From: Candidatus Limnocylindrales bacterium
GTDB taxonomy: Bacteria > Chloroflexota > Limnocylindria > Limnocylindrales > CSP1-4
Assembly (NCBI GenBank): GCA_038239115.1
Contig: JBBSFD010000013.1
Coordinates: forward strand, 2,560 to 66,559
DNA length: 64,000 bases
Direction of reading: 5' to 3'
The position numbers and the translations under genes are program-made. The notes below the pieces were generated by a model. The model made no database searches. It was not told the origin of the DNA and saw only the letters and a program-made list of their open reading frames with translations. Positions 1 through 8,898 of this stretch are shown here, in pieces. How positions within the stretch are numbered: position 1 is the stretch's first letter; each line of letters opens with the position of its first letter.

Positions 1-2
1 AC

Positions 3-374
3 CTGTCCTGCGCCGACTGTGGGCAGGAATTCGTCTTCACTGCCAGCGAGCAGGATTTCTACGCCCAGCGCAACTTCACCGAGCCGCGTCGGTGCAGCAG
101 CTGCCGGGCCAGCCGCAAGGCCGCCCGCAACGCCGCGGACGGTGGTGGCGGCGGCTACGGAGCTGAGAGCAGCTCGTCATCGAGCTACGGTGGCTACGGT
201 GCCGGCGGCTCGTACAGCGCCGGCGGCTACAGCGGAGCCCGCGATCGCGGCCCGCGTGAGATGTTCACGGCCACCTGCAGCAATTGCGGCAAGGATGCCC
301 AGGTCCCATTCCGGCCCACCAGCGGCAAGCCGGTCTACTGCAGCGACTGCTTCCGAACGATGCGGGGCGCCTGA
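3..374 (+). CDS. zinc-ribbon protein with two CxxC...CxxC modules joined by a Gly/Ser/Tyr-rich linker; 5' end cut by window edge
   Basis: Frame 3 reads LSCADCGQEFVFTASEQDFYAQRNFTEPRRCSSCRASRKA..GGYGAESSSSSSYGGYGAGG..FTATCSNCGKDAQVPFRPTSGKPVYCSDCFRTMRGA, then TGA at 372-374. It is absent from the ORF track because there is no Met inside the window. The listed 19..615 ORF is an Ala/Pro/Arg-rich off-frame. Confidence 0.7.
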   Translation: MSCADCGQEFVFTASEQDFYAQRNFTEPRRCSSCRASRKAARNAADGGGGGYGAESSSSSSYGGYGAGGSYSAGGYSGARDRGPREMFTATCSNCGKDAQVPFRPTSGKPVYCSDCFRTMRGA

Positions 375-595
375 ACCGCCTTCGTTCGACCGAGCACCTT
401 CTCATTCGGCCGCCGTCTGGCGGTCCCGCACCAATTCGGCCGGCGCGTCAGTCCGGCGGCCGAACCAGGCCAGCGGGGCACACCAGGCGGCGGTTGTGAT
501 TCCGTCTCGCCCCTGGTCGTCGTTTGCGTCGTTCGGGAACGGGCGCGTACCATCGAGGCCCGCCTTCACCCGTGCTCATGAGGTAGCCCCACCAG

Positions 596-2038
596 ATGGC
601 CGTCGGCTCCAGTAACGACTTCGACCTTGTCGTCCTCGGGGCCGGCACCGGCGGCTACAGCGCGGCGTTCCGGGCCGCCCAGCTCGGGCTCAAGGTCGCC
701 CTGGTCGACGAGGACAAGATCGGCGGGACCTGCCTCCACCGGGGCTGCATCCCGACCAAGGCCCTGCTCGAATCGGCCGAGATGATGAACCGCGCCCGCC
801 ACCTCAAGGACTACGGGGTCGTCCTCGAGGGCGAGCCGGGCGTCGACTACGCCACGATGGCGGCTCGCCGCGATGCCGTGGTAAAGCGGATGTGGACCGG
901 CTTGAAGTCGCTCGTCGACAAGAACAAGGTCAGCTGGATTCCCGGCCGGGGCCGGCTCGACGGGCCTAACCGGATCGTCGTCCGCCAGCCGGCCGAGGAC
1001 GGCACCCCGGGCAAGGGCGGCGAGCGCATCCTCCAGGCAACCGACGTGATCATCGCCACCGGCAGCCGGGTCAAGAGCCTCGCTGGGCTGACGCCCAACG
1101 GCACGACGATCGTGACCAGCGACGAGATCCTGCGCCTGGACAGGCGGCCGGCCAGCATCGTGATCGTGGGCGGCGGCGCCGTGGGCGTCGAGTTCGCCAG
1201 CTTCTACGACGACATCGGCACGACGGTGACCCTCCTGGAGTACCTGCCCGGGATCGTGCCGCTCGAGGATCGCGAGGTCAGCCAGCTGCTCGAGCGGAGC
1301 TTCACCAAGCGCGGCATCAAGGTGGTCACCAACGCCCGCTTCGACGTCGCGGCAGTCAAGTCGACCAAGAAGGGCGTGAGCCTGAGCGTCGGGCCCGAGG
1401 GCAAGCCGGCCGAGGTCATCGAGGCCGAGCTCATGCTCGTGGCGACGGGACGGGCGGCCAACGTGGAGGAGATCGGGCTCGAGACGACCAAGGTCGAGGT
1501 CGACCGGGGCATCATCAAGGTCAACGGCCGGATGCGCACCCGGGAGCCCCACGTCTACGCCATCGGCGACGTCGTTGGCGGCCTATGGCTGGCCCATACG
1601 GCCGCCCACGAGGGCATCGTCGCGGCCCACACGATCGCCGGCGAGAAGGATGTCCACGAGATCGATTACACCGAGCAACCGCGGGCCACCTACTGCCGGC
1701 CCGAGATCGCCTCGGTCGGTCTGACCGAGGCCCAGTGCCAGGAGCGCGGCCTGCCCTACAAGGTGGGCAAGGTGCCCTTCCAGGCCATCGCCAAGGCGAT
1801 CATCGGCGGCGAGTACGAAGGCTTCGCCAAGGTGATCGGCAATTCCGAGACCGGCGACACGCTGGGCGTCCATATCATCGGCCCGCACGCAACGGATCTC
1901 ATCGCCGAGGCCTCCCTGGCCATCTCGCTGGAGGCCACGCCCTGGGAGATCGGGGCGGCGACCCATCCGCATCCGACCCTGTCCGAGGTCATCGGCGAGG
2001 CCGCCCTGGCCGTAGACGGCCGGGCGATCAACTTCTAG
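596..2038 (+). CDS. lpdA: dihydrolipoyl dehydrogenase (E3)
   Basis: 480 aa. Has the FAD fold DLVVLGAGTGGY, the redox disulfide GGTCLHRGCIPTK and the C-terminal HPHPTLSE interface motif. Confidence 0.95.
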   Translation: MAVGSSNDFDLVVLGAGTGGYSAAFRAAQLGLKVALVDEDKIGGTCLHRGCIPTKALLESAEMMNRARHLKDYGVVLEGEPGVDYATMAARRDAVVKRMWTGLKSLVDKNKVSWIPGRGRLDGPNRIVVRQPAEDGTPGKGGERILQATDVIIATGSRVKSLAGLTPNGTTIVTSDEILRLDRRPASIVIVGGGAVGVEFASFYDDIGTTVTLLEYLPGIVPLEDREVSQLLERSFTKRGIKVVTNARFDVAAVKSTKKGVSLSVGPEGKPAEVIEAELMLVATGRAANVEEIGLETTKVEVDRGIIKVNGRMRTREPHVYAIGDVVGGLWLAHTAAHEGIVAAHTIAGEKDVHEIDYTEQPRATYCRPEIASVGLTEAQCQERGLPYKVGKVPFQAIAKAIIGGEYEGFAKVIGNSETGDTLGVHIIGPHATDLIAEASLAISLEATPWEIGAATHPHPTLSEVIGEAALAVDGRAINF

Positions 2039-2087
2039 CCATCAGCCTGAGCCACCATCGAGCAACGTTCCGACCACGGAGGCGGCC

Positions 2088-3221
2088 ATGACCGCGACCG
2101 GGCAACGAAGCAAGACCGCCAGCCGCCTCGGCGCCGACGTCGGGCTGGACGACGAGCAGCTCCTGGCGATGTACCGGATGGTCGCCCTGGCCCGGGCCGT
2201 CGACGAGCGGATGTGGATCCTCAACCGGGCGGGCCGGATCCCGTTCGTGATCAGCGGCCAGGGCCACGAAGGAGCCCAGGTGGGCGTGACCTGGGCCCTG
2301 ACCAAGGGCCTCGACTGGATCGCTCCGTTCTACCGCTCGATCGCGATGTGCATGACCTTCGGGATGTCCGCCCGGGACATCATGCTGGCCCAGTACGCCC
2401 GGGCCAGCGATCCCTCGTCGGGTGGCCGCCAGATGCCCGGCCACTACGGCGATCGCCGGCACAACCTGCTGTCGGTCTCGTCGCCGGTGGCCACCCAGAT
2501 CCTGCATGCCGTTGGGATCGCCCTGGCGGCCAAGATCCGGGGCACCGGCCAGGTGGCCCTGACGGCCATGGGCGAAGGGTCCTCGAACCAGGGCGACGTC
2601 CACGAGGCGCTCAACTTCGCGGCGATCCATCGCCTGCCGTTCATCTTCCTGGTCGAGAACAACGGCTATGCCATCAGCGTGCCGGCGGCGATGGAGATCT
2701 CGGTGCCCGACGTGGCGATGCGGGCGTCGGGCTACGGCATCCCCGGCGTGGTCGTCGACGGGTCGGACGTCCTGGCCTGCTACCGGGTGGCCAAGACGGC
2801 CGTCGAGCGGGCCCGGGCCGGCGAGGGCCCGACCCTGATCGAGGCCAAGGTCACCCGGCTCACCGGCCACTCCTCGGATGACCAGCAGACCAAGTACCGC
2901 AGCGCCGAGGACCTCGAGGCGGGCCAGGGCCGCGACGCGCTGCCGCACTTTCGCGAGCAGCTCCGCGCGGCCGGCGTGCTGACCGAGGCGGTCGAGGAAG
3001 CCCTAATGGCCGAGATCAAGGCGATCGTCGACGACGCGACCGACTTCGCCGAAGCCGAGCCCGATCCCCAGCCATCGACCGCGATGCGCTGGGTCTATGC
3101 CGAGGACTGGCCGTCGGAGACGCCTCCGCCGTGGGGCTTCGGCGATGGCGACGAGTCGGGTGCGGGTGGCGACGAGTCGGGTGCGGGTGGCGACGAGACG
3201 GCCGCCGGTGGGGGCCACTGA
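2088..3221 (+). CDS. 2-oxoacid (pyruvate/branched-chain) dehydrogenase E1 component, alpha subunit, TPP-dependent
   Basis: 377 aa. Motifs GQGHEGAQVG, MGEGSSNQGDVHEALNFAA, ENNGYAIS and RLTGHSSDD are typical of E1 alpha. The tail is acidic and Gly-rich. Confidence 0.9.
   Translation: MTATGQRSKTASRLGADVGLDDEQLLAMYRMVALARAVDERMWILNRAGRIPFVISGQGHEGAQVGVTWALTKGLDWIAPFYRSIAMCMTFGMSARDIMLAQYARASDPSSGGRQMPGHYGDRRHNLLSVSSPVATQILHAVGIALAAKIRGTGQVALTAMGEGSSNQGDVHEALNFAAIHRLPFIFLVENNGYAISVPAAMEISVPDVAMRASGYGIPGVVVDGSDVLACYRVAKTAVERARAGEGPTLIEAKVTRLTGHSSDDQQTKYRSAEDLEAGQGRDALPHFREQLRAAGVLTEAVEEALMAEIKAIVDDATDFAEAEPDPQPSTAMRWVYAEDWPSETPPPWGFGDGDESGAGGDESGAGGDETAAGGGH
3147..3209 (+). repeat. 21-nt tandem repeat (2 perfect units plus 1 degenerate) encoding the GDESGAG heptad tail of E1 alpha
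   Basis: GGCGACGAGTCGGGTGCGGGT occurs at 3147-3167 and 3168-3188, with a degenerate third unit at 3189-3209. Confidence 0.85.
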
Positions 3222-4204
3222 TGCCGATTCGCACGTTCATCGACTCGATCCGGGAGACCCTCGCCGAGGAGATGCGCCGGGACGACACGATCATCGTCCT
3301 GGGCGAGGACGTCGGCAAGAAGGGCGGCGTCTTCCTGGCCACCGACGGGCTGTGGTCGGAGTTCGGGGAGGATCGGGTGATCGATACGCCGTTGACCGAG
3401 TCGATGATCGTCGGGGCTTCGATCGGTGCCGCCGTCAACGGACTCCGGCCGGTGGCCGAGATCCAGTTCGCCGACTTCATCCACCCGGCCTTCAACCAGA
3501 TCGTGTCCGAGGCGGCCCGGATGCGCTACCGCTCGAACAACGCGGTCGGCGTGCCGATGACCATCCGGGCGCCGTATGGCGGCGGCGTCCACGGCGCCCT
3601 TTACCACTCCCAGTCGGTCGAGGCGTTCTTCACCCACGTGCCGGGCCTCAAGATCGTCATCCCGTCGACCCCCTATGACGCTCGTGGCCTGCTTCGGAGC
3701 TCGATCCGGGACGACGACCCGGTCCTCTTCTTCGAGCACAAGAAGATGTACCGGAGCGTGCGCGGCGACGTTCCCGACACCGACTACGTCGTGCCGCTCG
3801 GCCGGGCCGCCGTGACCCGGCCCGGCTCGCAGGTCACGGTCATCGCCTACGGCCTGATGGCCCATTACGCGCTGGAGGCCGCCGACCGGGTCGCGGAGGA
3901 GGGGATCAGCGTCGAGGTGGTCGACCTGCGCACCCTCCGGCCGCTCGACAAGGAAACGGTCATCGGCTCGGTCCGAAAGACCGGCAAGTGCCTGGTGGTC
4001 TACGAGGACAACCGCTTCGGCGGCTACGGCGCCGAGGTCGCGGCCACCGTTGCCGAGGAGGCCTTCGACTACCTCGACGGCCCCGTCACCCGGATCGCCG
4101 GCCCGGACGTGCCCGCTGTGCCCTACAACCACGTCCTCGAGGACTGGTTCATGGTCGACCCGGCCAAGATCGCAGCCGGCATCCGCAAGCTGGCCGCCTA
4201 CTAG
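3221..4204 (+). CDS. 2-oxoacid dehydrogenase E1 component, beta subunit
   Basis: ATG at 3221 overlaps the alpha stop (TGATG). The protein starts MPIRTFIDSIRETLAEEMRRDDTIIVLGEDVG and is transketolase-like. The ORF-track start at 3131 lies inside the alpha gene. Confidence 0.9.
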   Translation: MPIRTFIDSIRETLAEEMRRDDTIIVLGEDVGKKGGVFLATDGLWSEFGEDRVIDTPLTESMIVGASIGAAVNGLRPVAEIQFADFIHPAFNQIVSEAARMRYRSNNAVGVPMTIRAPYGGGVHGALYHSQSVEAFFTHVPGLKIVIPSTPYDARGLLRSSIRDDDPVLFFEHKKMYRSVRGDVPDTDYVVPLGRAAVTRPGSQVTVIAYGLMAHYALEAADRVAEEGISVEVVDLRTLRPLDKETVIGSVRKTGKCLVVYEDNRFGGYGAEVAATVAEEAFDYLDGPVTRIAGPDVPAVPYNHVLEDWFMVDPAKIAAGIRKLAAY

Positions 4205-4271
4205 GGGACGAGGCGGGTCGCCGGGGAGCTGGGCCGGTCGCCTGGCCCCGATTCCAGCCCAGCCCCACCCC

Positions 4272-4480
4272 GGTTTCTTGCGTTTAGCAATCCCCGTGGT
4301 CTTAGGCCGAAAGTGGGCCGGATTTCTGCCCGTCGACCAGGTGACGGCCCCCGGAATCGGCTCGAGTTGTGCTTGAGCCGGCACGAACTCTCGCATGAAC
4401 CGGCCGAATCACTCGATCTGGTCCGCCCAAGGTCCGCCTAACACTACGGTCGTTGATATTCGCCAGAAACCAGCGGCCCC
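4272..4480 (-). repeat. palindromic structured element, copy A (long subfamily, inverted relative to copies B-E)
   Basis: The reverse complement aligns over about 205 nt with 29764-29977. Arms are TTTCTGGCGAATATCAACGACCGTAGTGTTAGGC and GCCTAAGACCACGGGGATTGCTAAACGCAAGAAA. Confidence 0.85.
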
Positions 4481-5163
4481 TGACCGATCCAGCCGGTTCG
4501 ACGAGCCAGTGCCGGATCGCCACGTTCCCAGCGGGGAAGGCCGCATCGAGCACCTCGCGATGGCGCATGACGCGCCTCCTGGCTGCCGCGGTGTCCGGCA
4601 TCACCAGCAGTCGAGAAGTACTGCCGGCGATCCTGCCGAACCGCTCGCGGCCGATTCGATGAGCCAGACGGACCTTCTCATCAAGCCGGCGCAGGGTTTC
4701 CTCGACCGACGTGAGCTCCGTCTTGACCTCGATCACGAGAAGCGATGCCGTCGCTCCATGGAAGGCGAGGATGTCGATCGAGCCACGCTCGCCATACACC
4801 GAGTAGGTGACTTCGAGCTCCGCCTCCCAAACCGAAGCTCGTGAGCAACCGAACAACGAGGCCCACGAGGGCTGCGTGTCGTTCGTCGAGCGTCCGGTCC
4901 AGGCTGCCAGCCCGCCAGCGAACCTCAACATCGGCTCGAGCATCGAGGGCAAGGAGGATCCGCCGGAGTGTCCTGACGGACAACGCGTCGATGTGACCGC
5001 GTTCCACGAGCGATACCGCGGCCTGCGACAAAGCGCATTCCACAGCCAGGTCGGATTGGCGCCAGCCGCGGCGACGACGCAGCGCTCGGATGATGAGGCC
5101 GACGCGTCGATCGTCCACGGGGCCAGCCTGACGCCGCCCGCTCACCGGGCCCGTATTCGGCAC
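4302..5163 (-). pseudogene. frameshifted XRE-type HTH plus PD-(D/E)xK nuclease-like gene, 3' end fused into repeat copy A
   Basis: Two overlapping minus-strand ORFs are out of frame by 1 nt. ORF 4681..5163 carries the HTH (LIIRALRRRRGWRQSDLAVECALSQAAVSLVERG). ORF 4302..4952 carries GERGSIDILAF..LLVIEVKTEL. Removing one T of the TTT run (plus-strand AAA 4829-4831) joins ..LLTSFG to WEAELEVTYS. Length 862 nt = 3n+1. Confidence 0.7.
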
Positions 5164-5276
5164 TCACCCCGGGCTGGCTCGACCGAAGATTGCTCGATGC
5201 GCGACACTGTGCATCGGAGCCGGCGGCCGAACCAGGAATCCGACTCGAAGCGCGAACGTCCAGGAGGACTGATTCT

Positions 5277-6791
5277 GTGGCCAAGGTGACGATGCCCCAG
5301 CTCGGCGAGAGTGTGGCCGAGGGGACGATCGGCAAGTGGCTGAAGAAGCCGGGCGACCACGTCGCCAAGTACGAGCCGCTGCTCGAGGTGATCACCGACA
5401 AGGTCAACGCCGAGGTGCCGTCGCCGGTCGAGGGCACGCTCACGGCGATCCTTGCCGAAGAGGGCGCGACGGTTCCCAACAACGCCGAGATCGCCGAGAT
5501 CGAGACGGCCGACGAGGCCAGCGCCGGCGCCAACGGCAAGTCAGGCAAGACAGCCGCGGCCGCCGCGACGCCGGCGCCGGCTGCCACCGCCTCGGCTCCC
5601 GCCAGCAGCCCGCCCGTGGCCACGCCCGCGCCCGCCACCCCGGCGCCTGCCGCCGCGTCCGCACCCGCTGCTCCCGTCGCCGTCGGGCCAGCCGGCTCGG
5701 ACGAACGCCCGGAGCGAGCCGCCGCCGTCGACACGGCCACCCTGCCCGGCGATGCCGACGCGCGGATGACGCCAGCCGTGCGACGCCTGCTCCGTGAGCA
5801 CGGCCTGACCGCGGCCATGATCATCGGCACCGGCGGAGGCGGCCGGATCACCCGCGACGACGTGTCGAACTACGTCGAGACGCAGCGCACGAACGCCTCG
5901 GTCGGCGGCCAGGTCGTCGGCGGCGCGTCCTCGGCCGGGCCCACGGCCACGCCGTCGGCTGGCACCGCAGCAACGCCCGCCGGTTCGGCCCCGCGCCCGG
6001 CCGCCACTCCCAACGGGCCAAGCGCAGCCAGCCCGGCAACCAAGACCGCCAGCAGCAGTGCGCCGATCAGCTTCCCGGCCGGCGCTGACGAAGTCCTGCT
6101 GCCGATGACCTTGATGCGCAAGGGCATCGCCGCCCAGATGACCCGGGCCCTGAGCATCCCCCATGCCTACGTCCAGATGGAGGTCGATGCGGCGAACCTC
6201 GTCCGCCTGCGCGAGTCGACGAAGGCCGCCTACCAGGCCAGCGAGGGCATCTCCCTGAGCTACGTGCCGTTCGTGGTCAAGGCCGTGGTCGAGGCGCTCA
6301 AGCGCCACGGCACGTTCAACGCCAACTGGACCGACGAGGGCCTGCTGGCCAAGCGCCGGATCAACATCGGCGTGGCCGTCGCCGTCGACGACGGGCTGAT
6401 CGTGCCGGTCATCCGCGACGCCGACGAATTGTCGATCCATGGCCTCAACCAGGCGATCGCCGAAGTGGCCGCCCGCGCCCGGGCCAACAAGCTCCGGCTC
6501 GACGACTTTGGCGGCGGCACGTTCACGATCGACAACACCGGCTGGCTCGGCTCGAACATGACCATGCCGATCATCAACGCGCCCGAGGTCGGCATCCTGA
6601 CCATGGAGGCAATCACCAAGCGGCCGGTCGTGCGCGAGACGGCCGAGGGTGACGTGATTGCCATTCGGCCCGTGATGAACGTGGTCCTCGCCCTGGACCA
6701 TCGAGCCAACGACGGTGCTGGCGGGGCCGCCCTGCTGCGCGACATCAAGGCCTGGCTCGAAGCAGTCGGACCCGACACGGCGATCTACTAG
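5277..6791 (+). CDS. dihydrolipoamide acyltransferase (E2) of the 2-oxoacid dehydrogenase complex
   Basis: GTG at 5277 is preceded by AGGAGG at 5262-5267. Contains a lipoyl domain (MPQLGESVAEGTIGKWLKKPGD), Ala/Pro linkers, a subunit-binding domain (MTPAVRRLLREHGL) and a catalytic domain with DHRANDGAGGA. Confidence 0.9.
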   Translation: MAKVTMPQLGESVAEGTIGKWLKKPGDHVAKYEPLLEVITDKVNAEVPSPVEGTLTAILAEEGATVPNNAEIAEIETADEASAGANGKSGKTAAAAATPAPAATASAPASSPPVATPAPATPAPAAASAPAAPVAVGPAGSDERPERAAAVDTATLPGDADARMTPAVRRLLREHGLTAAMIIGTGGGGRITRDDVSNYVETQRTNASVGGQVVGGASSAGPTATPSAGTAATPAGSAPRPAATPNGPSAASPATKTASSSAPISFPAGADEVLLPMTLMRKGIAAQMTRALSIPHAYVQMEVDAANLVRLRESTKAAYQASEGISLSYVPFVVKAVVEALKRHGTFNANWTDEGLLAKRRINIGVAVAVDDGLIVPVIRDADELSIHGLNQAIAEVAARARANKLRLDDFGGGTFTIDNTGWLGSNMTMPIINAPEVGILTMEAITKRPVVRETAEGDVIAIRPVMNVVLALDHRANDGAGGAALLRDIKAWLEAVGPDTAIY

Positions 6792-6803
6792 AAAGCCAGC
6801 GCG

Positions 6804-7772
6804 ATGCGCGTCGTCGTCACCGGCGCAACCGGGTTCATCGGCGGCGTCGTCGTGCGCCAGCTGCGGGCCCGGGGTGACCAGGTCGTCGCGATCGTCCGCG
6901 ACCCGGCCCAGGCCGAGGACCTCAGGGACCAGGGCGTCGAGCTTGCGACCGGCGACCTTGGCCAGGTCGACCCGATCGTCGAGCAGCTGGCCGGGGCCGA
7001 CGCGCTCATCCACATCGCCGGCCAGTACCGGATCGGCATTCGCGTCTCGGATCGCCCGGACATGCTCGACGCGAACCTGGGCACGACCAGCCGCGTCCTG
7101 GACGCCGCGGCCAAGGCCGGAACACCCCGGATCGTCTACACCTCCACCGCCAATGTCCTGGGCAACACCCATGGTGAGGTGGTCGGCGAGTCCCATGTCC
7201 GCGACCTGGCCGAGGGCTTCTTCAGCTACTACGACCTGACCAAGTACCGGGCCCACGAGCTGGCGGCGGCGCGAATCGCGGGCGGGGCTCCGGTCATGAT
7301 CGCGATGCCCGGCGGGGTCTATGGCCCAGACGACCATTCCGAGGCGGGTGGCCAGCTGGCCCAGGCCCAGGCGGGCAAGCTGCGCTACGTCGCCCTCGGT
7401 GATATCGGCCTCAGCTGGTCGTACGTCGACGACGTCGCCGACGGGATCGTCCGGATCCTCGACCAGGGTCGCCTGGGCGAGTCCTACATCCTCAGCGGTC
7501 CGCCGGGGCTGCTCAAGGACGCGATCCAGGCGGCGGCCATCGCCGGGCGCCGGAGGCCGCCCCGGCTGACCCTGCCGACCGGCGTGCTGCGCCTGTTCAT
7601 CCCGGTCAGTCGCCGCTTCGGGGCCGTAGCCGGCTTGCCCGCCAACCTGGCCGAGACGATCAAGGCCGCCGACGGCGTCACCTACTGGGCGAGCGCGGCA
7701 AGGGCCGAGCGCGAGCTTGGCTTCCGGGCGCGCGACCTGGCCTCCGGCCTGCACGCCATGTTCAACGTCTAG
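6804..7772 (+). CDS. NAD-dependent epimerase/dehydratase (extended SDR) family protein
   Basis: 322 aa. N-terminal Rossmann motif VVVTGATGFIGG; YxxxK present (YDLTKYRAHE). Confidence 0.8.
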   Translation: MRVVVTGATGFIGGVVVRQLRARGDQVVAIVRDPAQAEDLRDQGVELATGDLGQVDPIVEQLAGADALIHIAGQYRIGIRVSDRPDMLDANLGTTSRVLDAAAKAGTPRIVYTSTANVLGNTHGEVVGESHVRDLAEGFFSYYDLTKYRAHELAAARIAGGAPVMIAMPGGVYGPDDHSEAGGQLAQAQAGKLRYVALGDIGLSWSYVDDVADGIVRILDQGRLGESYILSGPPGLLKDAIQAAAIAGRRRPPRLTLPTGVLRLFIPVSRRFGAVAGLPANLAETIKAADGVTYWASAARAERELGFRARDLASGLHAMFNV

Positions 7773-7789
7773 CCCTACACTCAGAAATC

Positions 7790-8896
7790 ATGGGACGCGA
7801 ACTGCCGATCTTCGAGCCGCCGACCGCGAACCCGCATCACGCGGGCACGGCCGGCCTATCGATCGCGCTCGGTGGCGGATTTGACGCCGGGTCGGCAACA
7901 GCACCCGCGCCCGACGGCTCGACGGCCCTGCGTCGGCACCCCGACTGGATCAAGGCCCGGATCCCGTCCGGCGAGAACTACCACGAGCTCAAGGCGCTGA
8001 TGCGCGGGGCCACCCTCAACACGGTGTGCGAGGAGGCCCACTGCCCGAACATCGGCGAGTGCTGGGACCAGCGCACGGCCACGATCATGATCCTGGGCGA
8101 TACCTGCACCCGGGCCTGTGGCTTCTGCGCGGTCAAGACCGGCCGGCCAACCTGGTTCGATGCCGACGAGCCGCGCCGGGTGGCCGAGACGATCGCCAGC
8201 CTCGGCCTCGAGCACGTGGTCGTCACCAGCGTCGCCCGGGACGACCTGCCCGACGGCGGGGCCTCGGTCTTCGCCGAGACGATCCGGCGCCTGCGCGAGA
8301 CGTCGCCGGGCATGGGCGTCGAGGTCCTGATCCCCGACTTCAACGGCACCGACGAGCCGCTCAAGGCCGTGATGGCCGCCCGGCCGGACATCCTCAACCA
8401 CAACCTCGAGACGGTCGAACGGCTCCAGAAGCCGGTCCGCAAGCGGGCCCGCTACGACCGCAGCCTGTCGGTCCTGGAGCGGGCCAAGGAATATGCCCTG
8501 GCCGACGGCTGGACGGTGCACACGAAGTCGAGCCTGATGGTCGGCCTGGGCGAGACCCGGGACGAGCTCAGCCAGGCCTTCCGCGACCTGCGCGCGGTCG
8601 ACTGCGACATCCTCACGATCGGCCAGTACCTGCGCCCCTCGACCGAGCACCTCGAGCTCATCCGCTACTACCACCCCGACGAGTTCGCTGAGATGAAAGT
8701 CGAGGCGCTGGCGCTGGGCTTCCGCCACGTCGAGTCCGGGCCGCTCGTCCGCTCGAGCTACCACGCCCGTGACCAGGTCCCGGGGGCCGAGCTGCGCCGG
8801 TTGCGGCGCCGGGCCACGCTCGACGCCCAGGGCCGAATCGTGCCGGGCGGGCTGATCCCCGGCGGGCTCGGCGAACCCGACAGCCTGGCCGGCTGA
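7790..8896 (+). CDS. lipA: lipoyl synthase
   Basis: 368 aa. Has both cluster motifs, CEEAHCPNIGEC and the radical-SAM CTRACGFC, plus SSYHA near the C-terminus. N- and C-terminal extensions are present. Confidence 0.92.
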   Translation: MGRELPIFEPPTANPHHAGTAGLSIALGGGFDAGSATAPAPDGSTALRRHPDWIKARIPSGENYHELKALMRGATLNTVCEEAHCPNIGECWDQRTATIMILGDTCTRACGFCAVKTGRPTWFDADEPRRVAETIASLGLEHVVVTSVARDDLPDGGASVFAETIRRLRETSPGMGVEVLIPDFNGTDEPLKAVMAARPDILNHNLETVERLQKPVRKRARYDRSLSVLERAKEYALADGWTVHTKSSLMVGLGETRDELSQAFRDLRAVDCDILTIGQYLRPSTEHLELIRYYHPDEFAEMKVEALALGFRHVESGPLVRSSYHARDQVPGAELRRLRRRATLDAQGRIVPGGLIPGGLGEPDSLAG

Positions 8897-8898
8897 GC

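Noticed and set aside
19-615. 198-aa plus-strand ORF at the window start
   Set aside because: Ala/Pro/Arg-rich off-frame typical of high-GC DNA. Frame 3 of the same DNA encodes a coherent double zinc-ribbon protein ending at 374, and lpdA starts at 596.
5541-7754. 737-aa minus-strand ORF, and similar long antisense ORFs (566..1552, 2028..2948, 3095..4396, 13490..14428, 14202..15728, 15515..17104, 21681..22943, 22915..24504, 32568..34199, 39636..40811, 46551..48308, 56130..57713)
   Set aside because: All are antisense to genes with clear family motifs. They have Arg/Gly/Pro/Ala-dominated, motif-free translations, which are stop-free shadows expected at about 70% GC.
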